A DNA stretch of 56,254 nucleotides, taken from the NCBI GenBank assembly GCA_001002135.1, contig LCLP01000001.1, positions 427,114-483,367 of the forward strand, given 5' to 3'. Positions 49,541 through 56,254 of the stretch are shown here, piece by piece. Every line of letters starts with the position of its first letter. Positions within the stretch are counted from its first letter, which is position 1. The notes below the pieces were generated by a model. The model was not told the DNA's origin, did not search any database, and worked only from the letters and a program-made list of their open reading frames with translations. The translations under genes were made by a program, and so were the position numbers. The DNA comes from Candidatus Pacebacteria bacterium GW2011_GWA1_46_10 (GTDB lineage Bacteria > Patescibacteriota > Microgenomatia > UBA1400 > PJMF01).

Positions 49541-49846
49541 ATGATCTACCACATACTTTTTACAGCGTTTCTCGTAGGCCTTGTCCTCTATGTAACGTAC
49601 TACTTGGTGGGCAAAACCTACAAATCATCCAGACAAAAAAGTCTAGGAGAATGGCTGGTAGCACTACTCGTGCTTGCCGGCTTTGGCTATAGCTGTTGGG
49701 ACGTATGGCTGAGGTCAATTCGCTTCTTCGGTGCCCCTTGGGGGTATGCACTGGATGTTTTTTGGGCGATGACCGCAGTAGGGATTCTCTTGGGCGTGAG
49801 TTTTTTCAGAGAAATACTTCGACAGAAACCTCACTCAGATGAGTAA
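49541..49846 (+). CDS. Small orphan 3-TM membrane protein (101 aa)
   Basis: GAGGAG RBS at 49529-34 before ATG 49541; three hydrophobic segments; own promoter and terminator. Confidence 0.75.
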   Translation: MIYHILFTAFLVGLVLYVTYYLVGKTYKSSRQKSLGEWLVALLVLAGFGYSCWDVWLRSIRFFGAPWGYALDVFWAMTAVGILLGVSFFREILRQKPHSDE

Positions 49847-49884
49847 AAACTGTCGAAGAAATCAAAACCCAAGTGAACCCACCC

Positions 49885-49912
49885 AAAACCGCCGGTTTAC
49901 CCGGCGGTTTTT
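49885..49912 (+). terminator. Rho-independent terminator (possibly bidirectional)
   Basis: AAAA-CCGCCGG-TTTAC-CCGGCGG-TTTTT. Confidence 0.88.
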
Positions 49913-49916
49913 CTTG

Positions 49917-49945
49917 TTGCAAAGCATTTTAATTGAAAATACAAT
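49917..49945 (+). promoter_or_regulatory. glyS promoter
   Basis: TTGCAA-N17-TACAAT; predicted +1 near 49951-49952, at the base of the first leader hairpin. Confidence 0.72.
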
Positions 49946-49951
49946 TAACTC

Positions 49952-50077
49952 GCACTCTTTCGCCCTTGGCCAGCGAACTAAGTGGAGTGCACAAATTAAA
50001 GAGAGCCCCATTTGGGGAATTAGGGTGGAACCGCCCGGCAGGGTCCCTCGCAAGCAGACACTTGCAGGGATTTTTTT
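49952..50077 (+). ncRNA. Glycine T-box riboswitch (transcription attenuator), ultra-compact
   Basis: T-box AATTAGGGTGGAACCGC (50018-50034) with UGGA bulge; antiterminator AGGG/CCCT and GCCC/GGGT; overlapping terminator; stem III CCCC-ATTT-GGGG; directly upstream of glyS. Confidence 0.85.
50044..50077 (+). terminator. T-box attenuator terminator
   Basis: TCCCT-c-GCAAG-cagaca-CTTGC-AGGGA-TTTTTTT. Confidence 0.85.
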
Positions 50078-50089
50078 GTAAAAGTACCT

Positions 50090-51475
50090 ATGAATCAACC
50101 AACCTTAAACGAAATTGTGGCCCTAGCCAAACGACGAGGGTTTGTTTTTCCAGGGTCAGAAATCTACGGCGGCTTGGCTAATACGTACGACTTTGGACCG
50201 TTGGGCACGCAGCTACTGCGCAACATCACTAATTACTGGTGGGATTTTTTCGTCACCCGCCGGCATGACATGTTCGGCCTGGATAGCTCCATCTTGATGA
50301 GTCCTAAGGTCTGGGAGGCCTCCGGCCACACCCAGAGTTTTACTGATGCCTTGATTGACTGTCGTCATTGCCACACTCGGATGCGCGCTGATCATTTAAT
50401 CGAGCAGTTCTTTGAGAAAAAAGGCAAACCAATCAAAGTAGAGGGGAAGAGTGCCGAAGAATTAACCCAAATCATTCGTGAAAACCAAATTCCTTGTCCC
50501 GCTTGTGGTAAACATGATTGGACTGACGCTCGGGAATTTAATCTGCTGTTTGAGACTCATATTGGCATCGTCGAGGAAAATCAATCGCTCGCATATCTGC
50601 GCGGTGAGATCGCCCAAGGCATGTTTGTCAACTTCAAGAACGTCCTCAACACCATGCAGCCTAAACTGCCATTTGGTATTGCTCAAGCCGGCAAAGCCTT
50701 CCGTAATGAAATTACTTTGGGGAACTTTATTTTCCGTACTCTCGAGTTCAACTTAGCCGAGTTTGAGTACTTCTTTGATCCAATCAATCAAAAGTGGGAA
50801 GAATTGTTTGAACAGTGGCAACAAACGATGTTCGAATTTGCTCTTTCACTCGGTTTCAGTGAAAAAAAACTGAGGTGGCGCGTCCACACTGATGAAGAAC
50901 GCTCACATTACTCCACCAGAACCGAAGACTTAGATTATGAATTTCCGTTCGGCTTCAAGGAGATGTTTGGTCTGGCATATCGGACTGATTATGACCTTAA
51001 AAACCACATGGAAAAATCAGGTGTCGACCTCAAGTACACTGACCCACAAAATCCTAAGCGCAAGTTTATTCCCCATGTCGTGGAACCCACATTTGGCTTA
51101 AATAGAATTTTCCTGGCGCTCTTAAGTGAGTGTTACACCAAAGAAAAAGATCGCACCTACCTCAAGTTACCAACCCAATTAGCGCCATTTAAAGTGGCTG
51201 TTTTCCCCTTGGTAAAAAACAAACCAGCACTCGTCAATAAAGCCAGGGCGGTCTATGAACTCCTGCGTCAATACTGGGCTACCGACTGGGACGACAGGGG
51301 CAACATCGGCAAACGATACCTGTCACAAGATGAAATCGGCACGCCGTATTGCGTCACCATCGATTATCAAACCCTGGAAGACAACACCGTCACTTTACGC
51401 GACCGCAACACCACGACACAACAACGCTTGTCGGTCGAACAACTTGAGCCACATTTGGCCCACGTGTTAGGCTAA
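50090..51475 (+). CDS. glyS: Glycine--tRNA ligase (alpha2 type)
   Basis: KRRGFVFPGSEIYGG, YDFGPLG, WEASGH, LRGEIAQGMF, FRNEI, PHVVEP, IGKRY..QDEIGTP. Confidence 0.96.
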   Translation: MNQPTLNEIVALAKRRGFVFPGSEIYGGLANTYDFGPLGTQLLRNITNYWWDFFVTRRHDMFGLDSSILMSPKVWEASGHTQSFTDALIDCRHCHTRMRADHLIEQFFEKKGKPIKVEGKSAEELTQIIRENQIPCPACGKHDWTDAREFNLLFETHIGIVEENQSLAYLRGEIAQGMFVNFKNVLNTMQPKLPFGIAQAGKAFRNEITLGNFIFRTLEFNLAEFEYFFDPINQKWEELFEQWQQTMFEFALSLGFSEKKLRWRVHTDEERSHYSTRTEDLDYEFPFGFKEMFGLAYRTDYDLKNHMEKSGVDLKYTDPQNPKRKFIPHVVEPTFGLNRIFLALLSECYTKEKDRTYLKLPTQLAPFKVAVFPLVKNKPALVNKARAVYELLRQYWATDWDDRGNIGKRYLSQDEIGTPYCVTIDYQTLEDNTVTLRDRNTTTQQRLSVEQLEPHLAHVLG

Positions 51476-51498
51476 ACAAATCACAAAAAAGGGGAGAA

Positions 51499-52293
51499 AT
51501 GAAACTACTCAAAAACAAAAAAATCATCATGAGCTTACTCGTTTTACTCGCCCTGATTGGCGGTTTTTTCTGGTGGCGCGGCCGAACCACCACACCAGAG
51601 GAAACCAAACAAAAACAGAAATTAACCCTGCCCAACAACGTCATTCCAGGGGCGGAAAGGCCATATCTTTCGATCGAGCCATTGGCAGACGGCCGGAATG
51701 TAGAAATTACCATCCACAACCTCAAGAAAGACGCTCAGGAAATGGAGTACGAACTTGAGTACCAGGCGGGGACACTGTTGCAAGGGGCTTTTGGCACGCT
51801 CGATCTTGCCTCCCTACCTGCTACCGCTCAGATTTTGCTTGGCAGCTGCTCAGCCGGAGGAGCCTGCACCTACCACGAGGATGTCAAGGGCGGCACCTTG
51901 CTCACCCGATATACGGGCGGTAGTGAGCCCTACGCGCTTAAATCTGACTGGAAGTACATTGATAACAGTACCAGAGAAACCGCTCACAGCTCTAAAGATG
52001 CCAAGTTCCAGATTGACGGCCGCAATCTCGGCCAGCAACGTTATCTCATTATTTTCAACACCCCAGGTTACCCAGAGGGAATTCCAGGCGAAATAGTATC
52101 AGAAAACTATGCTTTAACTGCCTCTGGTGTTTTGTCTGGGAAAGTTGAACTGACCATGCGGGCCAACGAAGAAGGCGAGCTTAAGATTGCCGCCTGGGAC
52201 GGTTCAAAATGGGTCACCTATGAGGGAAAAGTTGATGGCAAAATGATCACTGCCACAGTTGATCTGGTTGAGGTTTATGTTGTAGTGAGATGA
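51499..52293 (+). CDS. Hypothetical membrane-anchored extracellular protein
   Basis: N-terminal basic plus TM anchor, LGSCSAGGACTYHE motif, beta-rich body; GGAG RBS. Confidence 0.8.
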   Translation: MKLLKNKKIIMSLLVLLALIGGFFWWRGRTTTPEETKQKQKLTLPNNVIPGAERPYLSIEPLADGRNVEITIHNLKKDAQEMEYELEYQAGTLLQGAFGTLDLASLPATAQILLGSCSAGGACTYHEDVKGGTLLTRYTGGSEPYALKSDWKYIDNSTRETAHSSKDAKFQIDGRNLGQQRYLIIFNTPGYPEGIPGEIVSENYALTASGVLSGKVELTMRANEEGELKIAAWDGSKWVTYEGKVDGKMITATVDLVEVYVVVR

Positions 52294-52599
52294 AAAACGC
52301 CCTAAGAGGGCCTCTTGTTACTTAAAAACGCGCTGAGCCAAGTTTTTTTTCCCACAAACCCTCAAAAATAAGAATTTGAAAACCAATCACTGGAGTTTTA
52401 ACCAGTGGTAACTCTTTTCCTGCCAACATTCTCTTTCACCCTCTCAAATCAGCAAAAACTCATTCAGCCAAAATGGACTGATCAAGTCCTATAGCTCTTA
52501 AAAAATTCCCCAAAAACCCGAACAAAGTTTCGTCTTTACAAGCCTTAAAATTTTCGTCAAAGTTGATATTGGTAAAAATTGGTAAAGAGACTTATAAAA

Positions 52600-53019
52600 A
52601 TGTTCATCGGCACCTATTATCACACGCTCGAAGAGCACGGACGAGTCTCTTTACCAAAAAGTTTTCGAGAACAGGCAAAAACCTGGGTGGTGACGCGAGG
52701 TCTTGATGGAGGGTTGTTTTTATTTCCAGCAGCCAAGTTCCAACAACGCCTTGAAAGCATCAGCGAAAACCAAACTTTTACCAAAAAAGCGAACCGAGAC
52801 TTTGTTCGGCTGATGACAAACGAAGCCCAACAAGTCCAACCGGATAAAAATGGTCGAGTAAAACTGCCCAATTACTTGACCGAGTTTGCCGGTCTTAAAA
52901 AAAACGTAGTGGTTGTCGGCAGTTTGGACTACGTTGAAATCTGGGAGAGAGGCGAGTACCACCAATACGTCGATTCTCTCGAGAAAAAAGCGGCACAAAT
53001 TGCCGAAAAGGTAACATGA
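52600..53019 (+). CDS. mraZ: Transcriptional regulator MraZ
   Basis: MFIGTYYH, GRVSLP..FR, TRGLDG, DKNGRV, VEIW; precedes rsmH. Confidence 0.96.
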   Translation: MFIGTYYHTLEEHGRVSLPKSFREQAKTWVVTRGLDGGLFLFPAAKFQQRLESISENQTFTKKANRDFVRLMTNEAQQVQPDKNGRVKLPNYLTEFAGLKKNVVVVGSLDYVEIWERGEYHQYVDSLEKKAAQIAEKVT

Positions 53020-53930
53020 ATAACCTAACTCATATCACCGTCATGTTGGAGGAAGCTGTTCGTGCGCTCCAAGTACGGCCTCACCAATGGTACGTCGATG
53101 CCACTGTCGGTAGTGGCGGTCACACCCAGCGCATTCTCGAGAGCGGCGGCAAAGTAGTGGGGTTTGACTTTGACCAAGAAACTATTGATCGAGCCGTCAA
53201 CCGTTTTCAAATCGAGATGCTACATGGCGACGTTATTCTCATCCGAGAAAACTTCGACGCTTTGGCCAGGGTAATCAAAGACCTCGCCACAGCTGAGAAA
53301 ATCGATACGGCTATTGGTGGCATTTTGTTTGATTTTGGCACCAGCACTCAACAGCTCATGGCAGTCAACAGAGGCTTGAGTTTTGAACACGAGGAGGCAG
53401 CACTTGATATGCGTCTTGATGACCGACTCGGGGTCAGGGCGGCTGATTTACTGAAACTGCTGAGTGTTAAACAACTCACTCAAGTTTTCAGCGATTTAGG
53501 TGGCGAAAAATATGCTCACCGCATCGCCCAAGCCATCATCACCCTCCGCAAAAAGGACCCCAGCCAACTAGAAACTGTCGGTTCACTCTTGCGCGTCGTG
53601 GAGCAGAGCAAACCAAGAAAAACCAGTCATTTACACCCAGCCACCAAGGTTTTTCAAGCTTTGCGCATTGCCGTTAACGATGAACTGGACAACATTAGCC
53701 GAGCCCTGCCACAAGCTTTAGAAACGGTCGCTCCAGGCGGCAGAATCGTCACCATCGCTTTTCATGAGGGTGAAGATCGGCTCGTCAAACAAGCTTTCAC
53801 AGCCTGGGAAAAAGCTGGTCTAGGGAAAAAAGTGACCAAGAAACCGATGCGACCAACCGAGCAAGAAATACAACGCAACCCCAGAAACAGAAGTGCTAAG
53901 TTGCGTGTTTTTGAAAGGAAACAATCATGA
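53016..53930 (+). CDS. rsmH: 16S rRNA C1402 N4-methyltransferase RsmH
   Basis: HITVML.E, DATVGSGGH, LDMRLD, HPATKVFQALRIAVNDEL, NPRNRSAKLR. Confidence 0.97.
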   Translation: MNNLTHITVMLEEAVRALQVRPHQWYVDATVGSGGHTQRILESGGKVVGFDFDQETIDRAVNRFQIEMLHGDVILIRENFDALARVIKDLATAEKIDTAIGGILFDFGTSTQQLMAVNRGLSFEHEEAALDMRLDDRLGVRAADLLKLLSVKQLTQVFSDLGGEKYAHRIAQAIITLRKKDPSQLETVGSLLRVVEQSKPRKTSHLHPATKVFQALRIAVNDELDNISRALPQALETVAPGGRIVTIAFHEGEDRLVKQAFTAWEKAGLGKKVTKKPMRPTEQEIQRNPRNRSAKLRVFERKQS

Positions 53931-54208
53931 AAAAACTCATCGCGTTTTACTATGGCCTGCTCATTCTTGTCTTGGCTAGTCAAGCTATTTACACCGTGTA
54001 CAAGTTGGGCGGAACTGTTGGACAGGGCGAAAAATTGGGTTTACTACAGCAACAACAACAAACACTCAGCCAACAACTCCAAGTTCTGCGAGAAACCTAT
54101 TCCAGGGCTACTGCGCTGACTCCTTTAGCAGAAACAGTTGAAACCGACTACCAACCTATTCAAAAACCAATTATTCTCACCGTCAGCAGCAGCGTGGCTT
54201 CACGGTAA
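53927..54208 (+). CDS. FtsL-like bitopic coiled-coil protein
   Basis: TM plus coiled coil, located between rsmH and the PBP gene (dcw synteny). Confidence 0.6.
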   Translation: MKKLIAFYYGLLILVLASQAIYTVYKLGGTVGQGEKLGLLQQQQQTLSQQLQVLRETYSRATALTPLAETVETDYQPIQKPIILTVSSSVASR

Positions 54209-54248
54209 GGTTGGCATCATTCTTGGTATCCAGTACACTTTGAGTTAC

Positions 54249-56042
54249 ATGCCAGAGCAACACTCGCTTCGACCTCGGTTTGTCTTTTTAAGCATCATGC
54301 TGCTTTTTTTGGGAGTAATTTCACGGTTGTTTTACTGGCAAGTTATTGAGGGGTCTTCGTTAAAAAAAGTGGTAGAAAATCAAGCCACCAAAGAGACTAC
54401 TTCTGTCGGTCGCCGCGGCAACATCTATACCGCCGACGGTCAACTCCTGGTTGGCAACACCGATCTATTTCATCTGATGGCTGATAAAACCCTGCTCACT
54501 CTCTCAACAGAAAAAATTATCGACGCACTGGCTCCGCTATTAGTCGAACGAGATCTCAATGAAGAAGCTTCGGACGGTGGAGAACTGGTTGAAAGAGAAC
54601 AGCGGGTTAAAACTTTACTACTAGCAAATACGGCTTATCTTCATGAACGCTTTAATCTTAACAGTACTTGGGTAAGACTTTCTTCACGCATTAATCGGGA
54701 ACTTCGCCAAAAAATCGAGACTCTGCAAATACCAGGCATTTATTTTGAAGAATACCAAACTCGTTTTTACCCTGAAGCCTCAATGGCGGCGCACTTAACC
54801 GGCTTTGTCGGTAAAAACGAAACCGGTGAAGATACTGGTTATTTTGGTATTGAGGGGGCACTCAACAAAGAACTTCAACCACAAATGAGAAAGAATCGAT
54901 TTTTAACCGATGCACTCGGTAATTTACTCGGTGGGGAAAACACTATTGAGACACGAAGCTTAGATGGACGAGATATTGTCTTAACCATTCGGCGTGATGT
55001 TCAGTTTTTAATCGAACAGGAGTTAAAAAGAGGACTTGAGCGGTATGGAGCGGTCAGCGGTGAAGTAATCGTGATGGAGGTGAAAACAGGCAATATTCTT
55101 GGGTTGGCTGCCTGGCCAAACTATGATCAAGCCAAATACTATGATTTCGCCTCAGAGCTGTACAAAAACCCCAGTCTCACTCATCTTTATGAACCAGGTT
55201 CCACCTTTAAAGTCCTCACCGTCTCGGCCGGTATCGATACTGACGCCATCACCCCTGACACTCAGTGTCCGGTTTGCGCTGGGCCACGCCAAATCGGTCA
55301 GTACACCGTGCGAACTTGGAATGATGAATATACGCCAGACATTACCGTTCGAGACGCACTCGCTCAGTCTAATAATGTTGCCATGATCTACGTGGCCGAA
55401 ACCATGGGAACTGATACATTTGTGGAGTACCTCCATCGTTTTGGCATCGGAGAAGCCCTTCACCTTGATCTTCAAGAAGACACAGACACCCCCTTCCCAG
55501 CAAAGTGGGGACCGATCGAGCTGGCCACCAGTTCATTTGGTCAAGGAATCAGTACCACTAGTTTACAAATGGTCAGAGCAGTGAACGCGATCGCTAACCA
55601 CGGCGTGATGGTGCAACCGAAAATCCTCAAGAAAGTTATCGACCATCAAGTTGAGAAAGAAATGAGTATTCCTGATCGAGCAGAGCGGAGGGTGGTCTCC
55701 GCCGAAACCGCCCAAACTGTCACTGAAATGATGGTCAACGCTGCCAAACACGGCGAGGCGCAGTGGATTTTTAAAGATACTCACACCATCGCTGGCAAAA
55801 CCGGCACCTCACAGATTCCCATTGCTGGTGGTTACAAGCCAGATGCCACTCTGGCCAGTTTTATTGGTTTCGCGCCGGCCAGCGAGCCACAATTCATTAT
55901 GCTGGTAAAACTGACTGAGCCACAAAGCAGTCCCTGGGCAGCCGAAACCGCCGCACCCCTCTGGTATCGTCTTGCCGAAAAACTCTATTTGTTACTCAAT
56001 ATTCCACCCGACTCGACTACCCCAAACTTGACACTTGAGTGA
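54249..56042 (+). CDS. ftsI: Class B penicillin-binding protein (FtsI/PBP3-like)
   Basis: RGNIY, RFYPE, EPGSTFK (SxxK), SNN (SxN), KTGT; dcw context. Confidence 0.9.
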   Translation: MPEQHSLRPRFVFLSIMLLFLGVISRLFYWQVIEGSSLKKVVENQATKETTSVGRRGNIYTADGQLLVGNTDLFHLMADKTLLTLSTEKIIDALAPLLVERDLNEEASDGGELVEREQRVKTLLLANTAYLHERFNLNSTWVRLSSRINRELRQKIETLQIPGIYFEEYQTRFYPEASMAAHLTGFVGKNETGEDTGYFGIEGALNKELQPQMRKNRFLTDALGNLLGGENTIETRSLDGRDIVLTIRRDVQFLIEQELKRGLERYGAVSGEVIVMEVKTGNILGLAAWPNYDQAKYYDFASELYKNPSLTHLYEPGSTFKVLTVSAGIDTDAITPDTQCPVCAGPRQIGQYTVRTWNDEYTPDITVRDALAQSNNVAMIYVAETMGTDTFVEYLHRFGIGEALHLDLQEDTDTPFPAKWGPIELATSSFGQGISTTSLQMVRAVNAIANHGVMVQPKILKKVIDHQVEKEMSIPDRAERRVVSAETAQTVTEMMVNAAKHGEAQWIFKDTHTIAGKTGTSQIPIAGGYKPDATLASFIGFAPASEPQFIMLVKLTEPQSSPWAAETAAPLWYRLAEKLYLLLNIPPDSTTPNLTLE

Positions 56043-56254
56043 GTTCCATGATTTTTTCCAAATCGGCCTGAGTTTTCTGTGGTGAACCCTTGAGAATAAT
56101 CGTCACCCTTGTCTGGTTTTTAGAGCGAGAAAGCTTCAGCTTCGTGGGAGAGTGGAACACCGCATTAAAGCCTTTCTCCCAGTCCTTCACTTGCTCATCA
56201 TACTGCGTCACCTGAACAGGAGATAAAGTCGACTTTTGAGATCGCGACATCTCT
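56017..56254 (-). CDS. C-terminus of a gene entering from outside the window (possibly a ParB-like C-terminal domain)
   Basis: Open frame to the window edge; helix-beta-beta-helix pattern only. Confidence 0.35.
   Translation of the reverse strand, partial: EMSRSQKSTLSPVQVTQYDEQVKDWEKGFNAVFHSPTKLKLSRSKNQTRVTIILKGSPQKTQADLEKIMELTQVSSLG

Noticed and set aside
49839-50181. Short ORFs 49839..50081(+), 49862..50098(-) and 49933..50181(+)
   Set aside because: They overlap a terminator, a promoter and the T-box leader and have no protein-like motifs; the region is better explained as non-coding RNA.
52294-52560. Intergenic region of about 270 nt as an ncRNA or terminator (GCCCT-aag-AGGGC; CACTGG...CCAGTG)
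   Set aside because: The stems are short and lack a convincing U-tract or recognisable RNA motif; it is probably just the mraZ promoter region.
352-55784. Numerous 60-160 aa ORFs antisense to or nested within long genes
   Set aside because: They are shadow ORFs of well-supported CDSs, with no recognisable motifs.

Overview
This 56 kb window is most likely from a Patescibacteria (CPR, Microgenomates-like) genome. That is an inference from the dense, translationally coupled genes, the near absence of Shine-Dalgarno sites, the alpha2-type GlyRS and the DUF4012-like gene. About 48 kb (1-48.8 kb) is one very large surface-glycosylation locus. It holds about 9 GT-C-fold membrane glycosyltransferases, an O-antigen-ligase-like protein, 2 polyprenol-phosphate sugar synthases, 7 GT4s, 2 further GT2s and 4 stand-alone SAM methyltransferases. 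It also holds a Wzx flippase, a priming phosphoglycosyltransferase and nucleotide-sugar genes (ColD-like, uxs, fdtA/fdtB, manC). Embedded in it are a higBA-type TA pair and ruvC/ruvA/ruvB, with a 3-gene cassette (AYLDPGTGS peptide, kinase-methyltransferase fusion, sulfatase-fold transferase) between ruvC and ruvA. The right end is housekeeping: recO, glyS, mraZ-rsmH-ftsL-ftsI. Main highlights: (1) a complete, very compact transcriptional glycine T-box riboswitch with an ultrashort Stem I upstream of glyS; (2) a long structured leader on an orphan membrane-protein gene between recO and glyS; (3) repeated sugar donor + methyltransferase + GT-C modules and a tandemly duplicated GT-C/partner pair; (4) an APH-fold pseudokinase; (5) several frameshift or deletion lesions; (6) many leaderless promoters. 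No rRNA, tRNA, CRISPR array or IS element was recognised. All family assignments come from motifs read by eye, not from database searches.
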